From the IMG/VR virus record IMGVR_UViG_3300031784_000002: a DNA stretch of 64,000 nt. One strand, written 5' to 3'. This stretch comes from a virus (Duplodnaviria > Caudoviricetes). The notes beneath the pieces are model-generated. The model did not search any database, had not been told where the DNA came from, and saw only the letters and a list, made by a program, of their open reading frames with translations. Within the stretch, counting starts at the first letter, position 1. Every line of letters begins with the position of its first letter. Position numbers and translations under genes: made by a program. Shown here piece by piece: positions 54,801-64,000 of the stretch.

Positions 54801-56356
54801 ATTTAATTCTTACTATTCCAAACAATGTAGGAATAATTTCTTCTTTCAATTCTTTATTAGTAGATAGAGTACAGGGAACTTTAAATCAAAATACTGTAGA
54901 CAGTCTATACTATGTGGGTTCTTCTGGAACTTCACTTCTTGCTAATGCAACGGTAAATACAATAACTGATTTGACTGATGGATTGCATTTCAAAGTCAGT
55001 CATAATAATCATGGAATGTATTCTTTGGCTGATAAAGTCACACTTTCTGGAATTCAACCAGATCAAAAACCAGAAACATTGAAGGCTTTATATGATTCTA
55101 CCTCTACAAGTGATATTTCGGTAAGTTCTGTTGGAATATTCACTAGTTTTGAAAACGTTCCTGTATCTTCAGTAAACCCTGGATATATTTTAATTGATAA
55201 TGAAGTTATCAGATATACTGGAATAGTTACATCAACAAGTAGTCTAATTGGAATAACTAGAAATATTGATGATACTATTTCTGGATCATATGATATTGAC
55301 TTCCCCATCTTTAAATATGAATTAAACGGAGTATCTCTAAGAAGAATCAACAAAACTCATAATTTATCTGATACAAACTTAGTAACTTATCCAACTGATT
55401 TGGATTACTATTATGTTAAGGTTGGAATGAGTAGTAGGGGTATTGATAGAACACCAGGAAATGGTCTTGGATATCCTGCTCTATACTTTAACGATGATAA
55501 GTCTTGTGGATCATATGATATTGTTCCTCTACTTGGATCACCAAGAGGACCTAAAGCGACTCAGAATATACCATTTAATGTTATTAGACCAAATATTCAA
55601 ACATTATTACCACAAAAAACTTCTATATCTGCAAAGGTAAGAACTTTCAGCGGATCTACACCAGATAGCAATTTAACTCCATTTTTAGATCAAGGATTTG
55701 TTGATGTATCTCTAAACTCAAATAATGAATTTAATTCACCAAGAATTATCTCTTCTCAAGTTAATGAAGAAACATATCTATCAAGTTTTCCTGGTAAAAA
55801 ATCTCTCACTATGGAGTTGACATTATCAACTCAAAATGAAAAAGTTTCTCCAATGATTGATTTGGATAGAGTTAATTTAGTTACTATTGCTAATAGAATT
55901 AATTCTAAAGTCGTAGACTATTCTACTGATCCAAGAGTTAATTCTCTGAAAGATGATCCAACCGCAGCAACATACTTAAGTAACATCGTTATTTTGGATA
56001 AGGCTGCTGATAATTTGAAAGTTTTCTTTGATGCTTTCCGTCATTCTACAAATGACATTAGAGTATGTTATAGAATCTTTAGATCGGATTCTCCTTCAGA
56101 ACCTCAACTTTGGCAGTTATTCCCAGGATATGATAACTTGGATGCAAATCTACAAGTCATTAATTCGGCTAAAAACAATGGAAGACCTGATAAAAATGTA
56201 GCAAGTTCTACATCCGAAGATAACTTCAATTCTTATGAATTTACTGCTGCTAATTTACCACAGTTTAATGGATTCCAGATAAAGATCTTAATGTCGGGAA
56301 CTAATTCAGCATTTGTTCCAAAAATTAGAGACTTTAGAGTTATTGCAACGATTTAA
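48872..56356 (+). CDS. large virion structural protein (VrlC/DUF4815-like)
   Basis: TNLN.SPYFDDFD..KNY.RVLFKPG..QARELT.LQS.LQNQ; LFKSQN..TW...Q.EDLK. Confidence 0.85.
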   Translation: MAQNTNLNTSPYFDDFDPTKNYQRVLFKPGTPIQARELTTLQSILQNQVEKFGKHFFKEGSVVIPGNIAYDSEYTCVQIDPTHLSIPVVTYLSFLIGKQIKGETSGVFAKIENYITSEESENDTFTLYIKYQSSSETDFTRSTFVDGENLIVLENIDYGLGVIRLESSFATTIISNSTATGSAAKIESGVYFIRGFFVDVFPQTVILDQYSNLPSYRIGLSIFEDIAVPSQENLDLFDNARGFSNFAAPGADRLRIVTTLIKKSLDDFNDENFIELLRIENGNIKRILRKEDIPSLITDELARRTTDESGDYYVTPFRVVPKESLNDKIGNNGVYNLGQLTKQGSIPSDDLLTLQISPGKAYVKGYEVETLVTVNADLEKPRTTTTVNDITVPFSLGNQVELNNVYGSIPVGFGSTSQVTLYSRRTATPGLPSGIPVGVARVYDLKLKNTAYANSSTPFEASVYDVQTYTYLTLNTTVTLTKPSFVEGKNSSASGYLTSAVTNSNQVVLYQTSGEFIVGEQLKIDGQDISRTIVSVRDYDLGDIKQLVGYVGTTTSFTADTVLSVGVPIAPQGTTFTISAGSGGISTVTTSTSTFGVGINTGDIFVYTKSGETVPTYNRVTSVNASAKSISIEATTSVSGINSGGLPTSITNTSGLFKGVSTLLNNKQSFLFAELQNQNVASVDVSDAEIVYRKSYSVTVASNGLTATLESDTSITLEPFDEEDYYLVFSDGTVETLTSSQFTITSGRTLTLVNLSKNGSATLTATLRKRRLKSRKKVFNRCAVLDIRNSSSRSSGIGSTTLNDGLTYSSYYGTRVQDSRISLNVPDVIFVAGVFESSDSNDAELPRLEVVDLNANILNAIKGEIIYGQSSNAIAKFVATNGTNQLEFVYINENAFIKGEKILFGESNVSARISSLIEGDRNIMTDFLFDNGQTLEIADYSSLRRKSGVTAPTKRLKIIYDYYYIDPNDTGDFVTVSSYERERYSQDMPRISYYRSSDIIDLRPRVSPYNSALTPFSPFEFDSRKFLASTNSSPYNFAKDRDLFLSYSYYLGRIDKLYLNRYGEFFVTKGVASQTPIAPNNIENAMEVATITMSPYVYNVKDVIVKLSSHKRYRMQDIARLEDRIRNIEYYTSLSLLETDTKNLSLRDSQTQLDRFKCGFLVDNFKSIRSGSLGDSQHKCSVDTEEGVLRPQHYTTSIDLLLGSESVTGISNISNPDADLRFVKDLGNPNTVKVGDVVCLKYSDEVFLKNTFATRVENVNPFNVVNWIGSIELNPSTDTWIETRGSKRTIDQEGNYEATLRALGADSNTGLSPIDWGSWETTWTGRQEIARQNVHTIFQGSTFVGSTGTWWREEQTFRDQYLTFANVTTLNTTRQSRQGVQYKVGERIDSVNLGTSVVSTEIIHVMRSRNIEFIAKRLKPKTKVYAFFDNVDMNKYVVPKLIEIQMESGTFTVGETVVGTVGTTSIKFRLATANHKYGPYNQPEQVFTDNPYSPTQLIPISYSTTSTILNVDTASLELQSASGFYGHVIPNMQLRGETSKAVAKIMDVRLVTDVSGTVIGSLFIPDSRLQSTPSFETGTKTFVLTTSSTNTPIVGATDSIADVKFRSSGTINNTEEVTLRTRNANVERTSRTEERTLTSQETELTAGTTFINRTVVQTRWVDPIAQSFEVPEETGIFITKCDLFFRTKDTNNLPITMQIRTMQTGLPTTTIIPFGEVVLDPSQVNVSEDGRTPTTFTFSSPVYLESGNDYCVVLLSVSNEYTVWISRMGEEDITTLNLPESQKIVVSQQPLLGSLFKSQNGATWDPSQLEDLKLTLYRAKFVTGSSTVRFYNPKLDIGNNQIVTLRPNPLDCISKSTLIGLGKSLTSTEVTGLTPGSPILQNNNQTFRSNLKSIVGSVGIGSTLVVTSAGAAFTSTFKTYSNVDLVSLTGFGFGAKVNLSVQNGVAIAATVSIGGTGYAYGDSLRVNYTQTDGLGSNLILTIPNNVGIISSFNSLLVDRVQGTLNQNTVDSLYYVGSSGTSLLANATVNTITDLTDGLHFKVSHNNHGMYSLADKVTLSGIQPDQKPETLKALYDSTSTSDISVSSVGIFTSFENVPVSSVNPGYILIDNEVIRYTGIVTSTSSLIGITRNIDDTISGSYDIDFPIFKYELNGVSLRRINKTHNLSDTNLVTYPTDLDYYYVKVGMSSRGIDRTPGNGLGYPALYFNDDKSCGSYDIVPLLGSPRGPKATQNIPFNVIRPNIQTLLPQKTSISAKVRTFSGSTPDSNLTPFLDQGFVDVSLNSNNEFNSPRIISSQVNEETYLSSFPGKKSLTMELTLSTQNEKVSPMIDLDRVNLVTIANRINSKVVDYSTDPRVNSLKDDPTAATYLSNIVILDKAADNLKVFFDAFRHSTNDIRVCYRIFRSDSPSEPQLWQLFPGYDNLDANLQVINSAKNNGRPDKNVASSTSEDNFNSYEFTAANLPQFNGFQIKILMSGTNSAFVPKIRDFRVIATI

Positions 56357-56361
56357 AAATT

Positions 56362-56604
56362 ATGTTAGTACCTGTAGAAGGAAACATGGGGTTGTTTCGA
56401 GATGAGAACTCCAACGCTATTCTAAACTGTTCAGATTCTGAGTATAAAAAATATTTGGAATTAAAAACAGAAAAAATAAATGAAGTTGATAGATTGAATC
56501 AAATTGATAATAAAGTGAATGAAATAGATCAACTGAAGTCTGATGTGAATGAAATGAAGGATATGATGAAGTTAATTTTATCTAAATTGGACTCTGGATC
56601 ATAA
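56362..56604 (+). CDS. conserved small coiled-coil protein downstream of the VrlC-like gene
   Basis: VEG...LFRD..SNAILN; LKSDVNEMK. Confidence 0.8.
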   Translation: MLVPVEGNMGLFRDENSNAILNCSDSEYKKYLELKTEKINEVDRLNQIDNKVNEIDQLKSDVNEMKDMMKLILSKLDSGS

Positions 56605-56607
56605 ATA
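56600..56607 (+). promoter_or_regulatory. T4-like late promoter
   Basis: CATAAATA. Confidence 0.65.
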
Positions 56608-56627
56608 CTTAAAAACGGATTCTAATA

Positions 56628-56960
56628 ATGGCGGCAAGGAATGTAAACTTAGTTCTTGAACAAGGGGTTGACTTTCAAGCCACCTTTACAATCAGGAATA
56701 CTAATAACGCACCATTAAATTTAACTGGGTATACGGGAATTTCCTCAATTAGGAAACATCCAACATCTTCCACGACATATCCATTAACACTAACTTTTCC
56801 CGATAGGATCAATGGAAAAATTGCAGTTTCTATGGGATATACTGCAACTGACGCGATTGAAGGTGGTCGTTATGTTTATGATGTTATTCTTATTTCTCCT
56901 AATTCTTACAGAACCCGAGCTGTTCAAGGAAATGTTCTGGTAACTCCAGGAGTATCATAA
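56628..56960 (+). CDS. virion structural protein (baseplate-associated Ig-like)
   Basis: NL..EQG.DF..TF...LNLTGYT...IRKH...GRYVYDV. Confidence 0.75.
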   Translation: MAARNVNLVLEQGVDFQATFTIRNTNNAPLNLTGYTGISSIRKHPTSSTTYPLTLTFPDRINGKIAVSMGYTATDAIEGGRYVYDVILISPNSYRTRAVQGNVLVTPGVS

Positions 56961-57637
56961 TGACAGATTACTTAGTAACGTTAAATGAACCAGGTCCTTA
57001 TAGAATTGGTGTTGACTATGAAATTCCCACCAAATCTATTCAGTATGGGAATATCATTCTTGACAATATAAACTCTCAGTTTACTGGAACTGCACATACT
57101 TTTGGATTAGCTGCGACTGGGACATCTTATGTTCCAATCAATGATCAACAACTGATTGTTGTAAAAAACAATCTTGTAATGGAACCAATTGAAGATTATA
57201 CAACATCCACAAATAATATAATATTTACTGTTGCTCCTAATCCTGGAGATGATGTTTTTATTATTGCTCTTGCAACAACAGCGGATTTAACCAGAACAAT
57301 CAACTATGTTATAGATAGTGGTTCATTTGCAATGATTCCTGGAAATAAGGGTTCAGTTACTTTGGATGTAAGTGGGGTCATAGAATCTTTAGTAATTTTG
57401 TCAGACCAACAAGGGGATCTGACTTTAGATATTAAAAAATCAACATACTCGACATTTCCAACCTTTACTTCTATAGTTGGTGGAGTATATCCACAAATGA
57501 CAAATGCTAGAAAAGTTAGAGATGATAACCTAGTTAATTGGGACACAACTTTGGTTGCTGGTAATATTTTGACCTTTGATGTGGTATCTGTGAACAATAT
57601 AAATCGTTTTCTAGTTTCTTTAAAATTAAAATTATAA
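56960..57637 (+). CDS. virion structural protein
   Basis: LDNI..QF.G....F.L...QQL.V..N domain, also seen inside gp7. Confidence 0.7.
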   Translation: MTDYLVTLNEPGPYRIGVDYEIPTKSIQYGNIILDNINSQFTGTAHTFGLAATGTSYVPINDQQLIVVKNNLVMEPIEDYTTSTNNIIFTVAPNPGDDVFIIALATTADLTRTINYVIDSGSFAMIPGNKGSVTLDVSGVIESLVILSDQQGDLTLDIKKSTYSTFPTFTSIVGGVYPQMTNARKVRDDNLVNWDTTLVAGNILTFDVVSVNNINRFLVSLKLKL

Positions 57638-57640
57638 ATA
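57633..57640 (+). promoter_or_regulatory. T4-type late promoter
   Basis: TATAAATA. Confidence 0.75.
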
Positions 57641-57683
57641 AAGATAGTTATTACAAATCATAACCTGTAGGGGAGTTGTTTAA

Positions 57684-58691
57684 ATGGCGCTATTAGTTCC
57701 AAATATTGGAGAACTTGAGTCACTCAGATACTTGGTTGCACAGAACAACCACACCGCAAGTCTTGCTGACCAGTCTCCCAGAAACCTAGTTTTAAAACTT
57801 TTTACAAGTAACACGACTCCAGCTGAGTCTGATGTTCCTTCTGCAACCAGATACTTTGAACCATATGGAATTGGTAATACCAATGCTTATGGATTTGCTC
57901 CAACCACAGGTTATCCATATTGTGTTAATAATAGATCAGATCAAACATATACTTCACAAACTGGTATTCTACTAAACGGATCTCGTTGGAGAATTAACCA
58001 GGTCGGTTCTGGTACAACCGCAACATACCCAGAACAAACATTCACCTTTACTGGAGATGCAGGTGATGTCTACGGTTACTATGTAACTCGTGCAAACAAC
58101 ATGCCTGTGGCTGTACAAGGCGTTGTTCATGCGGCTTCTGTAGGAATTGGAACCACAGTTTCCAAGGGTGATAACACTGATCCAGTTATCGGAGTTATTG
58201 GCAATCAATATATTACTATTGACCCAGATCAAAGCGTTGATGATCTAACCTTAGGAATGGTTGTTGGTGGTAATGCTGGAATCCAAACCGGAACTCAAGT
58301 CATTGGTATTGATAGGGCTCTAAAAGTTGTTTATCTAGATAAATCACTCATTGATAACATTCAGGTTGCAACTGACCCAAGTGTAACTTTTAGTTATGGT
58401 AAGATTGTATCAAATGGCCACCAACTTGTTGCTGGTGATATTCTCTATGTTGCTGCTGGTACAGGAAACACAACTTTAACATCTTCCACGTATACCGTAT
58501 TCAGTGTTCCAAACGCTAACGAGTTCTATACAACCCCTGCACTTACTCCAACACCAAACGCAACTTCTGGACTAAGCAGTGCAACTCTTTATAGTTCTAT
58601 CATGTATGCTGAGAGATTTACGAATGGTCCTTATACCATTCAAAATAACGGCGACCAAATTAAGATCACTCTTAACGTCGCTCTAGACTGA
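57684..58691 (+). CDS. virion structural protein
   Basis: MALLVPNIGE...LKLF.SN.TP...YGYYV...YAERF..GPY...GDQIKIT. Confidence 0.75.
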   Translation: MALLVPNIGELESLRYLVAQNNHTASLADQSPRNLVLKLFTSNTTPAESDVPSATRYFEPYGIGNTNAYGFAPTTGYPYCVNNRSDQTYTSQTGILLNGSRWRINQVGSGTTATYPEQTFTFTGDAGDVYGYYVTRANNMPVAVQGVVHAASVGIGTTVSKGDNTDPVIGVIGNQYITIDPDQSVDDLTLGMVVGGNAGIQTGTQVIGIDRALKVVYLDKSLIDNIQVATDPSVTFSYGKIVSNGHQLVAGDILYVAAGTGNTTLTSSTYTVFSVPNANEFYTTPALTPTPNATSGLSSATLYSSIMYAERFTNGPYTIQNNGDQIKITLNVALD

Positions 58692-58720
58692 TATCTAAAT
58701 AAATATATCATTGGATTTTT

Positions 58721-58749
58721 GGGGATTGTTGAACACAGTCCCCTTTTTT
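58721..58749 (+). terminator. intrinsic terminator
   Basis: ggggattg-ttgaaca-cagtcccc followed by T6. Confidence 0.75.
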
Positions 58750-58775
58750 ATTCTAACTCCCCCTTCCAGGTGAAG

Positions 58776-59150
58776 ATGAATATTTACGTCTACGATTCAT
58801 CTACTATCAATGAATATTTGTCGGACGATTGTGGACTCATTTCATCGTCGCCGATAGAGGTTTTGGATTGTGGTGGAATAGTTGAAACATATAATTATAC
58901 TGAAGACTGTTATGCAATTAATTGTTCCGAAACTTTGTATCCTTTTGGAAGTATAAAAATATCCAATTCTAAACAAACTTGTTATAAGAAAGTTTCTTCT
59001 GAATTTGTACGATTTGAAAATTTAAATAAGAAATCTATAATACTAACAGGTATTATTATCACATGGTACGGCTATGGAACTTTATTTGAAATTAATGATG
59101 GACTAATAAGACAAGTTGTACCTGATGTTTCCGGTGGAGGCATAGTATAA
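58776..59150 (+). CDS. hypothetical (probably structural) protein
   Basis: ATG 58776 after terminator; resembles repeat units of the next gene. Confidence 0.65.
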   Translation: MNIYVYDSSTINEYLSDDCGLISSSPIEVLDCGGIVETYNYTEDCYAINCSETLYPFGSIKISNSKQTCYKKVSSEFVRFENLNKKSIILTGIIITWYGYGTLFEINDGLIRQVVPDVSGGGIV

Positions 59151-62100
59151 TGACATTATACCAATATTCCGGATCAGGTTCTTTAAGCCAATTTTCAAGT
59201 AGTAGTAATAATAAAACGGTTTCATATAACCTATCTTCTGTTTATCTCTACACAACGGAAGATTTCGGTAACGTATTTGAATTGCAACCTAATGGTTTTA
59301 GTAATAATACTATAGATTTTAGTCAAACAACACATACATTTGATGAGATTAATGTAGGTCTTGAAGGACTTATATTCAATGATTATGGAGATCTTTTAGC
59401 TGCAAGTGAAACTGAAGATTATGGACCAATAACAGGGTTTGGCGCTACAGAAACCCTCTATCCATTTGGAACTATAACTTTAAGTGGATCTGCAATAACA
59501 CAGTCCAACTATAGATTATACTTTACTGGATCTGCAATAGAGAAATTTGTCCATAGTCCAGATAATTTATCTGGTTCTCTATTCGGTTTTGGCGAAAAAA
59601 TTGAAAATAGATCTTATGATTATAATTTGGAATCAGTATTTAATGATTCTGATGATTATGGATCCATTACAAATATTTCTGGATTTATAGATGATTATGA
59701 GACAATAACTGAACCTGGACTTCTTCTAGAATATGGATTAATAACCGAGCCTATAACCGGCGGCATAGTATTACCATTTGGAACTATAACTTTAAGTGGA
59801 TCTGCAATAACTCAACCAAATTATAGGTTGTATTTCTCTGGATCTGCAATAGAGAAATTTGTACATAGTCCCGACAATCTTTCTGGAACTTTATTTGGAT
59901 TTGGTCAAAAGATAGAGTCTATTACTTTTGATTATAATGAAACATCTATTTCTGAAAATATTCTTGATTATGGATTAATATCTAATGAGTTTAGTGGAGT
60001 TGGAGATTATGGTAATCTTAGTGAATATTCTGGAAGCTCTGCATTCGATAATTATGGATTGATTTCTGATCCAACTCCAACAGAAACATTTACGTATCCA
60101 TTTGGTACTTTATCATTCTCTGGTTCTTCATCACAATTATTCGTAAAAGGACCATATTCTCCATCAGGATCTATATTTGTATTTTCTGGATCTGCTTATG
60201 CAGAATCATTTACTGCAGATACTCCAGACAATACTCAACTATTCCAGATCTCTGGATCAGCTTTACCCTCTGATGTAGACGTTTATGTTGGTATAGGAAC
60301 TTTATTCTCTGTTGGGGAAAAGGTTGAAAGTGTTACGTATGATTACAACATAGATTCGATAACTACAAATTCTCTAGAAGATTTTGGATTAGTATCTATT
60401 GCATCTACGGAATCATCTGATTGGGGATTAATTACCTTATCAGTAGATGATGGTATTGATAATCTTGGATCGTTGATAGGAAATCCATTTGCATCTACAC
60501 CATTCGGAACAATTACATTATCCGGCGATTCATTATTAAGTTTCCAGAAAGGTCCATTTATACCATCAGGATCTATTGTATTCTCTGGATTTGGTGGTGT
60601 ACAATCATTCACCGCAAATACCCCAGACAATACTCAACTATTCCAAATTTCTGGATCCGCTCTAACATCAGATGTAGACATTTATGTTGGCATAGGAACT
60701 CTATTCAAGTTTGGTGAGAAGATTGAGAGTGTCACTTATGATTATAATGAATCTTCAATAAGTGATAATGAAGATGATTTTGGATTAATAACAAACCTTG
60801 ATACTCAGTTCAGTGATTATGGATTTATTAGTGAATCTGGTGGCGGTCAGGTTGATGATGATTATGGCCTAATATCACAAGTTGTAACTGCAATATCTGG
60901 ATATCCATTTGGATCTCTAGTTATTTCTGGAACAGCTTCAGACATCAAAGAAACCGATTCTTATATTGGTCTTGGAACTATATTCTTATCTAGTCAGAGT
61001 GAACTTGTTGAAGTTGAATCTTATGATGGATCTGGAACAATCTTTGTTTCTGGAACTGCAGTTGAAAAAGATATAGATTCCTATGTAGGTGTTGGAACAC
61101 TTACACTTTCAACATCTGCATTTGAATCAGAAATTGAGATATATGCTGGATCAGGAACTCTTACTCTCTCCGGAATTGCAACTGAAAGAGTAACATTTAA
61201 TCCCCCAGAAACTACCCAACTCTTCCAGATTTCTGGGACCGCAGTTGAGAAAGATGTTGATTCTTATGTGGGCTTTGGAACAATCTTTATTAGTGGAGAA
61301 CTCGTACATCCAAATATTGATTATACCCCACATTATGGTATTGAGAAAAACATTGGAATCGGTACTACAGGAATTCAACTTTCTGGATCTGCAACAGATG
61401 TATATTCTGCACAAACTCCAGAAAATACTCAACTATTCCAGATTTCTGGTATTGCAACCGAAAGAGTAACATTCAATCCTCCAGAAAATAATCAACTCTT
61501 CCAGATTTCTGGTGGATATGTAGACCTAAAGGCTACAAATTCTTATGTTGGTACTGGTGGTACTATAACACTTTCTTCCACATTAGTAGAGAAGAATACA
61601 GAATCCTATGTTGGAGTTGGCACTGTCACATTCTCTGGAACTGCTCTAGAGTCTCTCTCTGCTCAAACTCCAGAGAATATAATTCTCTATACATTCTCTG
61701 GAACTGGTTTAGAAAGTGAAACTGAAGTTTATACTGGTCTTGGAACTGCGTTTATTGATGTTTCTTCTAGAAACTACTCTCCAGTATATCCACGAAATGC
61801 TCTACCTACTGATCCAAGTTCCGGTATTGGCACTATCAGAATTAATGATGATGATGGTCTTACAATTACAAGAGCTGTATTACCTTACTTCGCCAAAGGT
61901 GGAATTGTTCTTTCCAATACAGGTAATGAGAGCTTCACAAGAACAAATTATGATGGCAGTGGTTTAATTACGGTATCTGGAGTTTCTTCTACAAGAGAAA
62001 TTGCAGTTTATACTGCAGTTGGATTTGGTACAATTACATTTGCTACCGAAACATTAATTGAAACTGATGTTGATGCTTATTCTGGATCTGGTTCTATTAT

Positions 62101-63184
62101 AGTTTCTGGTGCATCTATTGATAGAAGAATTGATAATTACAACGGAGCTGGTTCGATTGCATTCCTTTCCGGAGCTTCGGAATCACTCGTAGCGCAGACT
62201 CCAGAAAATACTCAACTCTTTACAATTTCTGGATCTGCAGCCGATGCATATTCTGCACAAACTCCAGAAACTGAAGTTCTTTATCAATTTAGTGGCAATA
62301 TCAGTGAGTCTAGAACTTATGGATACGAAGGTTCTGGCCAGGCAACCTTTAGTTCTGCTGCAGTACCAATTTTCGAACCAAGAGTATTTGGTACTGGATT
62401 ACTAAGGTTTGCAACTTATCTAAGTGATAGTCTATACGATACTTGTGATTCCACTGATCTTACTTCAGATTATCAGATTTCTGCGTTTGTTAAGTTTGTT
62501 TCTAATCCTCCAGAAAATACTGTTCTTTATAATTTCAACGGATCTGCATCTACAACAGAAATTCAAGTTTACACATACTCTGGATTTGGTTCTGTTGGAA
62601 TATCTGGATCACATATTAGTAGTAAAACTAAGTCAGTTGTTGGAATTGGAACTCTCAGTATTACTTCAACGGCAGTTAAGAAAGATATTGATTCTTATGT
62701 TGGTTCTGGATCTATTGCAATTCTTTCTGGTTCTGCAGAATCCAAAGTTTCTGTTATTCCACGATCTACTGTTCTATTCAGTATTTCTGGAGTTTCTTCG
62801 ACCAGAACATTCAAGATCAAGACTTATTCTGGAGTCGGAACTGCATATTTCAGTGGATCTGCATCTACCAAAGTATTATCAAGACGTTCTTACTCTGGAG
62901 TCGGTACAATTTATCTCTCCGGAGAACTTGTACATCCAAATATTAAATTCATACCAGCATCTAAAGGTGCCGGTCTCATCAACATTAATGGTTCTGGACT
63001 TGAAAAAATTGGATATAAGTATATACCAATACCACAAACTCTATTCGCATTCTCTGGTGGATTTGAATCATTTACAAAAACCGGATATATTGGCGTCGGA
63101 ACAATTTATATTCAACCTACTTCTTCTTCTTCAACTATCAATAATCCTTACCAAATCCCAAGAGTTTATGTCACAATCATTTAA
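59150..63184 (+). CDS. large repeat-containing structural protein (Ser/Gly-rich)
   Basis: 1344 aa with YPFGT.TLSGS, DYG.I and TP(E/D)NTQLF.ISG repeats. Confidence 0.75.
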   Translation: MTLYQYSGSGSLSQFSSSSNNKTVSYNLSSVYLYTTEDFGNVFELQPNGFSNNTIDFSQTTHTFDEINVGLEGLIFNDYGDLLAASETEDYGPITGFGATETLYPFGTITLSGSAITQSNYRLYFTGSAIEKFVHSPDNLSGSLFGFGEKIENRSYDYNLESVFNDSDDYGSITNISGFIDDYETITEPGLLLEYGLITEPITGGIVLPFGTITLSGSAITQPNYRLYFSGSAIEKFVHSPDNLSGTLFGFGQKIESITFDYNETSISENILDYGLISNEFSGVGDYGNLSEYSGSSAFDNYGLISDPTPTETFTYPFGTLSFSGSSSQLFVKGPYSPSGSIFVFSGSAYAESFTADTPDNTQLFQISGSALPSDVDVYVGIGTLFSVGEKVESVTYDYNIDSITTNSLEDFGLVSIASTESSDWGLITLSVDDGIDNLGSLIGNPFASTPFGTITLSGDSLLSFQKGPFIPSGSIVFSGFGGVQSFTANTPDNTQLFQISGSALTSDVDIYVGIGTLFKFGEKIESVTYDYNESSISDNEDDFGLITNLDTQFSDYGFISESGGGQVDDDYGLISQVVTAISGYPFGSLVISGTASDIKETDSYIGLGTIFLSSQSELVEVESYDGSGTIFVSGTAVEKDIDSYVGVGTLTLSTSAFESEIEIYAGSGTLTLSGIATERVTFNPPETTQLFQISGTAVEKDVDSYVGFGTIFISGELVHPNIDYTPHYGIEKNIGIGTTGIQLSGSATDVYSAQTPENTQLFQISGIATERVTFNPPENNQLFQISGGYVDLKATNSYVGTGGTITLSSTLVEKNTESYVGVGTVTFSGTALESLSAQTPENIILYTFSGTGLESETEVYTGLGTAFIDVSSRNYSPVYPRNALPTDPSSGIGTIRINDDDGLTITRAVLPYFAKGGIVLSNTGNESFTRTNYDGSGLITVSGVSSTREIAVYTAVGFGTITFATETLIETDVDAYSGSGSIIVSGASIDRRIDNYNGAGSIAFLSGASESLVAQTPENTQLFTISGSAADAYSAQTPETEVLYQFSGNISESRTYGYEGSGQATFSSAAVPIFEPRVFGTGLLRFATYLSDSLYDTCDSTDLTSDYQISAFVKFVSNPPENTVLYNFNGSASTTEIQVYTYSGFGSVGISGSHISSKTKSVVGIGTLSITSTAVKKDIDSYVGSGSIAILSGSAESKVSVIPRSTVLFSISGVSSTRTFKIKTYSGVGTAYFSGSASTKVLSRRSYSGVGTIYLSGELVHPNIKFIPASKGAGLININGSGLEKIGYKYIPIPQTLFAFSGGFESFTKTGYIGVGTIYIQPTSSSSTINNPYQIPRVYVTII

Positions 63185-63194
63185 TTAATTTAAT

Positions 63195-63202
63195 GATAAA
63201 TA
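63195..63202 (+). promoter_or_regulatory. T4-like late promoter
   Basis: GATAAATA. Confidence 0.6.
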
Positions 63203-63238
63203 TATCAGAAGAAAGAGTAGTTTGGGTTACGTCGTACT

Positions 63239-64000
63239 ATGACTAAGCAGGTACAGCTCAGAAGAGGAACAACAGCTGAACACGCAACATTTACAGGAGC
63301 AGTAGGTGAATTAACCATTGATACTAGTAAAGACATCGCCGTTGTTCATGATGGAGTCACTACCGGTGGTCATGAACTTGTAGGTGTTGCTGCTACTGGA
63401 CAAACAATTGTTAATAAAGATGGACTTGCAATTGGTTCTAGTATAGCTAGTTCTCCATTGACAGTTATAGGAAACTCATATATTTCTGGAATTGGTACTT
63501 TTGGCGACGATGTTAATGTTGGATCTGACCTAACAGTTTCCGGGGATGCAACATTTGCTGGAATAACAACTACATTAGGCGTAACTATTGGGGTAGGAAA
63601 TACCGATTTAATAGTAAATGGTACTGCAAGGATAACCAATACTTTGTCAATTGGTACTAGTACTATAACTTTAAATGGAAATACTAATACGATAAGTGCT
63701 GAGACTGCTTCTTTTACTAGATTATCAGTCAGTGGTGAGAATGTAACTGTTGCAACTTTTGGTAAAACAGTTACAAATACAGTTTCTTCGGGATCTACAT
63801 CAATTCCAGTAAATAATACAACTTCTTTATTGGTGGGAGATTTAGTTAACGTTACTGGTATACTTACACATGTCCCAATTGTTGGATTAGGAACTACTTC
63901 AGTAACTTCTTTTTATGAAACTGGATCAACGACCTCAATTTCAACAACAGTAAGTGCAGGATCCACTGTTATTGGTGTATCCACAGATGTTGGCATTTCA
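63239..64000 (+). CDS. tail-fibre-like protein, N-terminal part (truncated by window end)
   Basis: manually translated open frame MTKQVQLRRGTTAEHATFTGAVGELTIDT...VVHDGVT.GG (Mtd_N-like); no stop to 64000. Confidence 0.8.
   Translation, partial: MTKQVQLRRGTTAEHATFTGAVGELTIDTSKDIAVVHDGVTTGGHELVGVAATGQTIVNKDGLAIGSSIASSPLTVIGNSYISGIGTFGDDVNVGSDLTVSGDATFAGITTTLGVTIGVGNTDLIVNGTARITNTLSIGTSTITLNGNTNTISAETASFTRLSVSGENVTVATFGKTVTNTVSSGSTSIPVNNTTSLLVGDLVNVTGILTHVPIVGLGTTSVTSFYETGSTTSISTTVSAGSTVIGVSTDVGIS

Noticed and set aside
34131-56356. Inteins or introns in the giant structural genes
   Set aside because: No intein block A/G motifs or frame breaks were seen by eye; the ORFs are continuous.
59462-59940. 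DGR-like TR/VR pair
   Set aside because: Differences are not adenine-specific and are mostly synonymous, and no reverse transcriptase is seen in the window.
62424-63188. 254-aa alternative-frame + strand ORF
   Set aside because: Leu-rich artefact of T-ending codon bias inside the 1344-aa gene.
1-64000. tRNA or rRNA genes
   Set aside because: No cloverleaf or T-loop GTTCRA context was recognised; a tRNAscan-SE run would settle this.

Overview
Single-strand (+) segment of a T4-like cyanomyophage (Kyanoviridae-like; the very large GIGT-rich baseplate/structural proteins suggest a freshwater lineage, which is inference). Two parts. (1) About 1-28.1 kb is an early/hypervariable region of roughly 100 tightly packed small ORFs. 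The few recognisable ones are a NeuD/PglD-like acetyltransferase, a ParB-like protein, an SF2 helicase, a TauD-type dioxygenase, a ligase-like KxDG protein, an RlpA domain and an SPFH-like protein. (2) About 28.4-64 kb is an AT-rich late region with T4-type late promoters (xxTAAATA), glycosyltransferase-like genes, gp25, gp6, gp7, gp8, a VrlC/DUF4815-like protein, further structural proteins and the start of a tail-fibre-like gene. The most striking non-coding signals are as follows. At least 17 copies of a promoter cassette divide the early region into gene modules. Each cassette is a 24-bp dyad TGTGACAG-N8-CTGTCCAC/CTGTCACA, then 28-30 bp, then a TAnnnT -10 box, usually followed by RGCCATGTTGAGA. 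Most have no canonical -35, and the copies show mosaicism. A 680-bp gap holds five perfect cyanobacterial DnaA boxes (TTTTCCACA) next to a perfect sigma70 promoter with no downstream ORF. All motif calls are by eye; no database searches were run.
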